Assembly (NCBI GenBank): GCA_024704765.1
Contig: JAKMXF010000339.1
Location: 124,001 to 188,000, forward strand
Reading direction: 5' to 3'
DNA from: Oopsacas minuta
Lineage: Eukaryota; Animalia; Porifera
DNA: 64,000 nucleotides
A program made the translations under genes and the position numbers. Under the pieces are notes generated by a model, which ran no database searches, was not told the DNA's origin, and saw nothing but the letters and a program-made list of their open reading frames with translations. Below are positions 1 through 10,501 of the stretch, one piece after another (the stretch's first letter is position 1; every line of letters starts with the position of its first letter).

Positions 1-455
1 TCGATTAGAAAAATGGCAGCCGTGATAAAGCAAAAGTAAATTCATTTTAATATTTGATATTTTAGAGTCCAGTTTTCCCGCGAAGTCCTGAAAAAAGGCA
101 AATAATGATTAAATATGGAGAAACCCACCCAGCATAAGAACTACGTTGGTCGGGTTATAAGAAATTGAAATAATTATTCAAAATGACAATATAGCAGAAA
201 TAGTCAAAGCAAATTAGCCAAAAAGTGGTCGAAGGTGGAAGTAAATATAACTATATAGCGGAATCATATTTGGTATCATTCGAACCAGAATCTCATGTAG
301 ATTAAGCATAGCCTACTAAATATAAGGTCTGATCACTACTTTTGACAGAGGATAAAAGGAAATGGATATATTTTAATGGGCTATTCCATAATCGCTGATA
401 ATAATAAACTGGAAAATAGAGAACTAGACAATCGGGGAGGACAAACCGTAGATAG

Positions 456-614
456 TATATACCCGACTTCCCATGCGCTTATAATGCCACTGTTAATGAG
501 AAACTTGTTTCAGCTCCACAAAAGATACACCTGAACATACATACGGGCGGGCTGTTCACTATTATTATCTCATCATTGTGTGAGGAGGTATCAGCTGAAA
601 AATTGGTTCATTGA
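456..614 (+). CDS. probable terminal exon of an unknown gene with a hydrophobic C-terminal stretch
   Basis: AG at 454-455 followed by open frame YIPDFPCAYNATVNEKLVSAPQKIHLNIHTGGLFTIIISSL...LVH*; homologous to the convergent exon at 692-844. Confidence 0.3.
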   Translation, partial: YIPDFPCAYNATVNEKLVSAPQKIHLNIHTGGLFTIIISSLCEEVSAEKLVH

Positions 615-691
615 CTTCATTCATAAAAAATATTATAATTGCTAAAGTCAAATTTGATATGAGAATAGGCTAGACTATGAAAAAGATGCTT

Positions 692-844
692 CTATTGTAC
701 TACTACCCGGTTTATACAGCTTGTAGTTGATATACATTGAGTAAATGGTGAGATAATGACAATAATGACAATAATGCATAATGGTGCGGTAGCCATACCA
801 GATGTGGGCGGTGGAGCTGAAACATGTTTCCAACTTACAGTGGC
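692..844 (-). CDS. probable terminal exon, paralogous to 456-614, convergent
   Basis: acceptor ttattag then ATVSWKHVSAPPPTSGMATAPLCIIVIIVIISPFTQ...VVQ*; about 29/35 nt identical to the + exon and the only frame open in both copies. Confidence 0.3.
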   Translation of the reverse strand, partial: ATVSWKHVSAPPPTSGMATAPLCIIVIIVIISPFTQCISTTSCINRVVVQ

Positions 845-3409
845 CTAATAAATTTTGATATGATTTCTCTTACACCAATGTGACGTAATTATGAGCATTC
901 CCTTATATGGTTACTTTCAATATTGCGCAATAATTTTCAGAGCTATCATATCAAATGTATAATTAAAATATTGCCACGCACCCTCAATAATCCTTTAGCT
1001 GCTAAGCCCATCCAGCGACCCAACAATTGAAGTTGCACACGGCCCTATAACTAAATCTGGCACTGCATACTTGTAATATATGCAATAATTCCATGATCAA
1101 TTGAATATATCTTCGAGAATTAGAATAATTAATGATGCTATTGAATTTGAGAATTAAGATTAGGACACAGCCTACTAAAGGTAAGGCTTCCTCACCAGGG
1201 TGTAATCCAGGCGTATGCTGCGCGCCTACAGGAGCATAAATTTGGGTAAATATAACTCTAGGCGTAGAAACTCCTATATCATAATACAAAAATGTATAAT
1301 ATAGGCGTATGAAATGAATTAGAATACATAGTCACTTCAATCTCATCTCTAACTCGAGATATAAACATTTGAAAAAGTTAATTAGGTGATGATGACGTAA
1401 AAAAACTTCTAACCGCCATTAACGTGTAGCATATCTATCTGATCAATGTGAGAACTTAATACGATTGAAGAGACGATGTAATTTATATTCAGGGTTCATT
1501 CCAAATTTATACCATAGTATTTAATTTCGCCAATATACTCAGAATAGTGAGAGAATGGTGTTTAGCATGAATTAAAGAACGTGAACCGAGGTGCACATCC
1601 AAATTTTTGTCGGACCTTCTGTAAAGAATATTAAGTCAATATCTCTTGAACTGAAGTCAGAATAGCGGTTACGTCCGGCAGACAGGTAGGAACATCTCAT
1701 TTTTTGTCATGATTCTGACCAAAAGTTAACCTATCATGGGATTAGTACGTCATCATGACTGTACCAAAAAATCCCAATTTTTCAAATTTCAAAAAATTTC
1801 AAAATTTCATTACTAACCAAAAGCGACATAGCATCTCCAGTGTCACCACAGAAAGCCATTGAATGTAATTAGGATGAAACATGGATAATAAAATCTTAAA
1901 TTTCTGCATAGTATAGACCCAAGGCACAAAGTGCTGAGGTTAACCCGTCGCATAGCGACCAAAAGCACAAACAAATTTATCTGTCTACTACAAATCTAAC
2001 CAGAGGCACTAAGCTGTCGCACAGGGACCTAGTAAGCGAAGAGCGCTAGTATATATTATTACTAAAGCTACCATACAAACTCTATATAGGAAGCACATTA
2101 AAAATCTTCTAGAAAGTGGTAAAAAATTTTATTCGCAAATCTTGGAGCAATTTTTCTTGCCCACGGGCGCTTATTCAGGGAAATAACGTACTGTTAGTTT
2201 TGTGGTTAGCATTAGCACAACCAGGACCCTGAACCATGGAATATAAACTACATGAACAGTCAACTCATATTGACTCGATAACAAGTTAGGCAAGTGTGTA
2301 ATTATTGATATCTTGAAAACCATTAGTTCTATTATATATTAAAGATATTATTGTCGAATAGGAAGTCATGTATGGGGATTTCATTGGCCATTAGCACACT
2401 TGAAATTTCTGTGATATGTGAGCTTTGCGGATTTCCACATCTTTTCATATATTTTGTAATAATGCAAATAATTAGGAAACAGTTTCAGTTTGACATGAAA
2501 TATGTACTACGATAGAAAGAAAGTTGTACATGGGGAGTCAATTGGTCCTATTAGCTTATCCAAAACATATATACACAAATAGCGTAGTCGTTGGAAGGTT
2601 TTATCGTGAACAAATTGATATATAAACAAATTTGATAAAGCTAGGTTCAGTCCGTGGAGAATTCTATACCAGATAACATATCCAAAATCACCGAAAATCC
2701 GCTTTGGGGATATTTTTTGAGGAATTTTGTATAGTCATCAGATAGCACTAGAGAAGTTGTAAAATTGAAATAACTTCTATGATTAAAGTCTGATCACATT
2801 AATTTCCTTCCATGGTCAGAAAAAGGAACTAGGGTTAATAATCGGTGAATGAAAAAGTAATTAGGAATGCAACTTGTAAATACAAAATGATTTCCAACTT
2901 TTACACAGGAGAATGTTAAAGATTGTACTAAAGGAAGGGATCGACAATTCTTAATGACCTCTGGGAACTTTTATGGCAAAATTCGAATTGAGATTACGAT
3001 TCTGTATGAAAAATAGAGGAAACGGTAATTTTTGTTATATTTCGTAGGATTTTGGCACGACCGCGCGACCTTATAATCGTTATCTTGGACGAATATTCAC
3101 TTCTCTTAATTGTACCTTTAGTACTTATAGCATCTGTCATTCGAATATCGAACAGAATCTCAATTCCCTGAGGTTTCCAGTTACGAATGTTAAACTTGTA
3201 AAAAAGGAAAAACTGTAGCTAAAGCTTACTCTGCTTACAACGAAAAACCGATCATCGAATTGAAATTGAGGCCCAGAGCACTTCGTTATAACGAGAGTTT
3301 ATTGTACGCTTATATGTATAGTAGTAGAATTTCGCTAACGTTAAGCCAGCAGGTAATATATTGGGAAATATACAAACAAATTACTATTCGGAAAACTGAT
3401 AAAGGACTA

Positions 3410-4470
3410 ACCTAGAAATGTTAACTTCCTTTAATTTTTTTGAAATTATATCTCTAGTTTCTACTTTCCCTCCTTCCGGCAAGTCTCGCAAAGTCTGCAT
3501 TGTAATGTGAGAAAGATAGTACAAGTTTCCAGTGGCATCATAGGCCATTTCAATACCGTAAGGTAAATACATAACACTAGGTTCTAGGAAAGAGATGATA
3601 ATTTATTAAAGAAAGAAGGTAAATATCGGATATACATTGAGGCATCGCATAATATACTATACATAACTACAGCTTACTATTTATGGCTAATAATAAAAAA
3701 CCAGCGTAATTATGTAGCAGACAGTATAACGGATAAGTATACTCGATTTATACATACGTATATAAAACTACATTTGCTATACGAAAGATATTATCACTGC
3801 CATATATGTATATAAAGCCTAAATCGTACCAGGTTGTGTCGCGGGCTGGAGTAAGTTAACTCTATTGAACCATGGGTATACAACTACCATACCAAATTGA
3901 ATTATTTGAATTGATGCTGTTAAGCAGGGTTCAGTGTAGTATATAAATATAAACATATACAGTAAACTTAGTTAAGACGTACTCGGCTTAAAACGTAGAA
4001 ATATTCATAACGAGGGGGTATGTCGTATCCGAATTCTACTGTATTTGTATATGGATAGATTAACCTCGTGTAGATACATATATGCATCCAGAATTAATCG
4101 AAGAAACTGGAAGACCAATAGGGCTGAATTTTACGTAGAGGGGTATTTGGGCATGGATCTGGAAAATTCTAGTCTTGGACGAAAATTCATAGCAATGACG
4201 AAATTATGACACAATTGTCACCTTTTCAGGAATTTCGAAAAATCACATTATTGCCACTGCTCAGCCAATACAAATAATAGAAGTTAGAAATTAGAATTAA
4301 TTAACATAACATATAGTGGGAATATTACTTACCCTGTGATACTAGGTTATTGAGCTGCTTCCATGTGTCCAAAGGTGGTATCCATTGAAAAGGAACTGTA
4401 CTGTCTTCAGATTTACTTCGCTTGAAGTAGACAATACGTCCATCTTCGAGAATATCATAATCCCATTGTT
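3410..4470 (-). CDS. two exons of a tandem WW-domain protein (partial, multi-exon)
   Basis: exon 4470-4333 bounded by ttttactaccag / gtaagt encodes QWDYDILEDGRIVYFKRSK...FQWIPP; exon ~3580-3410 encodes LPYGIEMAYDATGNLYYLSHITMQTLRDLP (WW-like). Confidence 0.5.
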
Positions 4471-4670
4471 CTGGTAGTAAAAGAGAAAAATTTGGATTGA
4501 TCATGTCTACTAATTACATACTAATAATCATAGGCAATAAAATTCAAGGATCGACATTTAGGTCAAAAAGGAAAATAGCAGGTGAGTTTATTAGAATACC
4601 ACACTTTTATAGCAATATTCACAAAAAAGTCTTTTATTCAAGGTTGCAACCGAATAGTTCAATATTTGGT

Positions 4671-6175
4671 TACCCCAGTTTAACCCCGGGTATAGTCTAG
4701 GCTAGCCTAGATTAACCCCCAGGTATAAACCGGGCTAGCCCAGATTAAGCCCCGAGATCAGGGATATCCTGCTCCAATAATAAACATAGGAGCAGTGTTT
4801 TAAATTTCAAATTCAATTGAATATATTCTAATACAAAATTCAAACAATATACCGGTAATTGAATTAATAAGATGAGTATGAATAATATCAAAGGTTTAGT
4901 AGTAAATCTGAAAATAGAGTTCTAGCAAGTGATTGAGTACCCAAAATTATTTAACTAATAATACTTCCAAATTTCTTCTTGTTTATGGGACTCAGAAATT
5001 TTGGATTTCAATCCATGGATATCTGTTGCTGAAGTATGGTGCAAGAGTCAAGATTTAGAATACTCCAATGATCTCCAATAGTCAATGGTGGACCATTAAC
5101 TGGATAAACAGCAAAGAAGAAACGTGTTCTATTGTAAGCCGGGTTCGTTTCTCATCCAATATGATATTCATTTAACTGAACCCCCTTTCGCATTCAGATG
5201 AGTTGCATGGAATAACTTCTACGATATATTCACGGCGCTATAAAGTAAACATTTGCTCTCTCTCTCAACTCAACTTAATTATATTTGGAACAAATTTCAA
5301 TATATTTCAAATACTGATTGTATGCTACTGTAGATATCAGGTACACAAATTCAGTAACTTGTGAAGTAATTGTTAGTTGCCAATTTGATTTGTTAAAAAA
5401 AGTATGGGAGCGACGCTCCCACCCGCTCCCTCAGCAGGACACCACTACCCGGGGTTAATCTAGGCTAGCCCAGATTATGCTCTCAAAAGGGGGTTAATCT
5501 GGGCTAGGCTAGTTTATACCCAGGAGTTAGTTTAGGCCAGTGATTCTCAACGGGGTCTACTTGGCCCTCCTGGGGAGGAGGAATTGGGGACGATTATGTT
5601 TAAGGAATATCCACCAGGCTCTTGGGTCACTGACCACTCATTATCGGTTCACCCAGTCAATTAATTTCGACTGACCTGGCTCAGAACTTGGACAAATAAT
5701 TATATTATCAAACCAAATATTATTGATCAAACACATTTAAACATAGAAGTACTATTCTGAATAATAATTATTATTCGGTAACATTATTCACTGTTCTGTT
5801 TGTTGATATCAACATCATATTTTACGCATTATTTGGTATATATTTTGGATAGTTATACGTAGTTCTATTCAAAATGCCAAATTTTCAATTGTTTGTTTGG
5901 TAGACTAACTGAAAATTAATCATTACTATTACAAAATTAAGGTATGATGATGATTCAAAGATAGGGAGCCGGAGGCTATGGAAGAACCTGGGGGTCGCTA
6001 AGGGAGGAATGCGATGTCGGACGTTGAGAAACACTGATCTAGGCTCAGAAGGTATAATTTGGGCTATGCTAATTTATACCCAGGGGGTTAATCTAGGCTC
6101 AGAAGGTATAATCTCGGCTAGCCTAGATTATACCCGGTATATTCTGGCGGGGGGTTAATTTGAGCTGCTATACCG
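4671..6175. repeat. three clusters of palindromic ~30-nt subrepeats (4671-4755, 5447-5540, 6020-6175), MITE-like
   Basis: repeated units such as ggttaatctaggctagcccagatta / ctaggctagcctagattaacccc in both orientations. Confidence 0.55.
5030..5225 (-). pseudogene. hAT transposase C-terminal dimerisation-domain remnant
   Basis: manual translation IPCNSSECERG..LNIILDEKRTRLTIEHVSSLLFIQLNGPPL; similar to the 56717-56899 remnant. Confidence 0.55.
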
Positions 6176-7037
6176 GTAACTTTAGTACTATTTTTTCGTA
6201 GTATGTGGTGATTTTGGCCCATATGTATAAAAATATGCAGTGAAATATTCCGAATTACAAAATCCATATTCTTGCAAATCCCCGAGGAGTGAATTTCATA
6301 TATCAAAATAAATTATTTCAGTTATCCAAACACCCAACTTAGATTTGAATGACGAACGTGTCCGGATAACCGAGGGTATACTATAATTCGAACATCAATA
6401 TAAGTTTCATTCTATGTGTATTTCATATATGCTTCAGTTTCTTTTGGTATACTAATCGTGATTATTTTCTTTACACACTTAAACATAATCAATTCTAGTA
6501 ATAATTGATAGCCTTCCAAAATTTAATTTTAAATAGGTTGATGCATCAGGCGGAAAGATACATTAGACTTTTCCTTCCTCATTGTTTTGTTAATATCAGA
6601 GAAAGAGATCGATCCCTGATCAATGATTAGACTAATATGTACTTGGATGAGAGGTACAATCGGATAAAACGCACTAAATTATTCTTCCCAAAAGGACAAT
6701 ATGTATTGAATATTAATCGGATAAGACGTACTCAATGATAAGTACAGTCGTGAACTTTGCTATATAGGGGGCCATACTCCATGCTATCATAGTTGTGAAC
6801 TTTTGAAAATTTCTATCCGTGAGATCGTTAAGATTCTTGTTATTTTAGCTGGTTAGTTTTAAAAGAAATTAAATATATCGATTATTATTACGATTTCAGC
6901 TACCTACCAACCATAATGACGTAACACGTGTTCTTTTCGTGTTAAATTCACTGTGATAACATTAAATATTAAAGAGAGAAAGTTAAAGTGAGACTCGGTT
7001 GAATCCGCGAAACTTGACAACTATGGAATATCGATGC

Positions 7038-7129
7038 CAGGGTTCCTCAACCTGTGGTCATATGACCAAACTTGACCACACTATGGTCAAAGGGATTTTT
7101 TTATGTGGATTTTTGGTCAAGAAACCCTG
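7038..7129. mobile_element. 92-bp MITE-like element
   Basis: imperfect TIRs CAGGGTTCCTCAACC / CAGGGTTTCTTGACC (reverse complement of right end); flanks do not form a TSD. Confidence 0.5.
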
Positions 7130-8372
7130 AGAAATGTTTCTGCTAACATGTATAATATCTCGGTACTTCTTTGTGAGAAAAATGCTATCGTTTAAAGTCA
7201 ATTGGAGTGTATGCATAAAACAACTTTCGCTCTCAATATTAGCTAATTTCGCACCTAGGCGTATGTTCGCGGAATTATCGCGAATGAGGAGATGAACTTT
7301 AATATCGGAAATTTTCCAACCCTCTTTCATTTCTTGAAGAATATCAAAAATGGCAACTCCTGTGTGAGTACCTGGAAAATGTTTGACATTTAGTACAGCA
7401 TCCTTCCTCTGAAACGATAGATCTATGAAGTGACCACTTAAACGGATATATGACAAGTTTGAATGCATACCACTCCAAATATCAGAAGTAAAGGAAATGT
7501 GTTTTTGGTCCTTGAGAAGCTGTGAGATAGATTGTGCTAGTTTTTCATAAATTTTCGCAATTATCTTTTCTTGAAAGTACTTTCTGCTTGGAATTTCATA
7601 TCTCGGAGAAATGGCTGATCAACCTTTTGAATCCTATATTCTCAACTATAGAAATGGGTTGGCATCAATTGCTATCATCTCCCCGATTCGATAGGAATTT
7701 CCATTGCACGAGGATCATCAATTTGCCACTTTCTTTGTTTTTGAATGTCTGATATAACGTTTCTTGAATAGTTGCACTTAGATCTGATTGAGAATGCGCG
7801 ATCAGAGGAATACTGGGTATGGTTGATTCAATAACATTGGGTGCATTGTTGTAAAGCTGTTCTGGCTATAATCGACATGTGGGAAGAGAAGATTTTGATT
7901 TGTTAGTGCGTTTAAATAATTCTGGATGGGAATTTTCAGATGATTCCTCAGTGGGGATGTACTGTATGTTTTGGAATTCTTCCCACATGTAATATTTGCA
8001 TCACACCCACTGCACAGTGCTCTCGAAGAGTCTTGTTTAGAAATTGAGAAAATCGACCAAATTTCGCTCATATGGAATATGGAAATACATAGAGTGAAAT
8101 ATATTATAATATATAAGATACCCCAAATATGATGTCACTTAAATGTTCACAAGTGCATACATATCAATGTGTAGCGTACTTAATTATCCACTATTACAGT
8201 AACCTAGCAGTGAAGAAGCCCAATCGCCCACAGATCATCTAATTTATACACCTTGATCTTAAATATTCTGTAATACAATTCTAGCAGGATATCCGACCGG
8301 ATAACCGGATAGTGGGTTACCGGATACCCGGATCCGGCCGGAGTAACAAATCTCTAATCCGGTACAGCTCTA
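7130..8372 (-). mobile_element. 5' half of a ZBED-type hAT transposon (inverted relative to its 3' half)
   Basis: TIR TAGAGCTGTACCGGAT at 8372-8357 on minus; BED finger (WSIF...CSGC...LRNHL) at 7802-8071; RDNSAN and CFMHTLQL motifs at 7058-7468; frameshifted. Confidence 0.85.
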
Positions 8373-8792
8373 CTTAGTACCACAAGTTAGCTTAAGTATT
8401 TAACAGCTACCTTCTTAGTACTTTTGGTCGCTCAGCGAAGGAATATACTCGCCATTTCGTGCCTCGAGTGTATGAAATAGCAGAAAACTTACTTTTATAT
8501 TATCCATGGTCCCATCCAAATTACCTGTGATTGAAATTTCAAACTTCCATCATGTATATTGGCTGAGTAGTGGTTAATAATGTGATTTTTGGAAAATCCA
8601 AAAGGGTGACAATGGCGTCATGATTTCGTCATAGGTCTGAATTTTCGTCCAAGACTCGGATTCGTCAGAACAAGGCCCAAAACAACCCTGTAAGCCAAAT
8701 ATCAGCGCATAGGATCTTCCAGTTTCTTCAATCAAATCTGGACATGCAAACATATATGATTAATCGCGTTTTAATTAACAATTGTATAGATC

Positions 8793-10002
8793 AGGGTTGT
8801 TGGCCATTTTCATCACTCACCTTTATCAACAAATCGTCTCAAAGATATTCAAAATGAGCTTGGAATTCCACAACATAAGCTAATTCAAGATGTGAGAACT
8901 CGATGCGATAGCACGTTTTATATGCTAGAACGTTTGATGGAACAAAGAAGAGCGATTGCAATGTATTCAAATGATTTTGGAATTACAAACCTTACTCTAT
9001 AACCAGTGGCATTTAGTTGAAAAAATATTGAGATTATTGCAACCAATTGAGGAAGTTATAAAACGATTTAGTTCTACTTCAATATCTATTTCGGAAGTCA
9101 TCGTCGAAGTACAAGTTCTTTTACGATACCTTGGAAAAAAGGAAAATGATGAAGGAGTGCAAACAATGAGGAATGAATTAAGGAAATCTATCGAGGCCCG
9201 TTTTGTGATTGATGGAAAGATATTTACCAAAAAACATTATATAATCGCAAAAATATTTGACTCCAGGTTCAAAACTTCATTCTTTACAATTCAACAGAAA
9301 GACTATTTGGGTACTATCAAGGATATGCTTATTTCGGAGATGGAGAAAGATGTAGGACCTGAAGCTGGTTTGCCCACAAATATAAGGGATAATTTGATAA
9401 CTGACATCAATGGCTGTGAATCTCCGCCCGCAAAGAAATCTTTAAGGGAAGAAATTCATGATTCTATCAAGAAGTGCTATGATGAGATTCTAAGTGGGGC
9501 GCTAGATTACGAGAAAGAAATATCATATAGTGAGGACGAGCAGATGAGTTTTAGTCCTAGGGTGAGTCAGAATATACAAGAAAATCATTTTAAATTCCAA
9601 CTTGAGTGCTATTTGGAAGATCCATTACTCCCTAGATCGAAAGATCCCTTACTTTGGTGGAAAAGGAATGATACTATCTATTCGAATTTAGTTCCTGTTG
9701 CTGTGAAATATTTATCGGCTCCACCAAGTTCAATATACAGTGAGAGACTATTCAGTACTGCAGGGATCATTTTCGAAGAAAGACGCAGCTCTCTTCTCCC
9801 AGAAAATGGGGAGCGATTAATATTCATTCAAAAGAACCTCTCATTATTTAATTACAAATATTAGTTGTGTGTTCTAGTGCTCTAATTACTCATATTCCGT
9901 TATCGTAAATTACTTATAAATATCCAGCCGCATCCGGATATCCGGAAAATGGCCGGATATTGCCGGATACTGGATTAGAACCGGACATCCGGTACAGCTC
10001 TG
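8793..10002 (+). mobile_element. 3' half of the same hAT transposon
   Basis: RVVGHFHHSP...QDVRTRCDST, then ORF 8956-9864 with DPLLWWK and SERLFSTAG dimerisation motifs; TIR ATCCGGTACAGCTCTG at 9987-10002; flank gtactaaa matches gtactaag outside the other TIR. Confidence 0.85.
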
Positions 10003-10501
10003 GTACTAAACTGTTGGGTAGCGACCTAACAAGTAGAGCGAGCCGAAATTTTACTGTTTTCAATTGAGCCAAGGGGGCATGCCCCAGGGTACGAGTTTAC
10101 CAGAGGGTTCAAGTACCGGGAACGAGATTTTGCTAGGAGGGCTTTGCCCTCCTATGCCCCCAAATAATCTCTGAGCACCCACTTCATTACTCCAAGTGAC
10201 CAGATAAATGTCAACCTTCTACACCAATTGCTAACCAAATCTTATTTCTTACGATGGATTTCGCTACTGGTCCTGGAATTTACTAATTGTTCACAGGCCC
10301 AATAGACCCTCATTTAGAACTTGTTACCCACTACATTGAATGTGTGCCCCCAGATTTCAAAGCCACACGACGCCACTGCCCAGCTGTATCGTGGTCATAC
10401 CCAACTATAAATTTATAGATTCTTGGCATGCCTCCTGCTAAACGCGTAAAAACACTTTGCCCCTCGCCCTTCACCCCTGATAACTTCATACTCCACCCTC
10501 G

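Noticed and set aside
1002-1289. 95-aa ORF
   Set aside because: TTG start, no recognisable family; may contain an exon but cannot be supported
7123-8798. TCAGGGTT inverted microhomology as the sole cause of the hAT inversion
   Set aside because: Re-inverting at these 8-mers leaves extra bases and a frameshift; the left 8-mer is part of the MITE TIR
8997-9230. Antisense or alternate-frame ORFs over real genes (also 11067, 16721, 16905, 18146, 18968, 19894, 20180, 22777, 23371, 29093, 29157, 33006, 33630, 41112, 44113, 44222, 54854, 60720, 60835)
   Set aside because: Shadows of the coding strand or frame; no motifs; they recur only because the parent genes are duplicated
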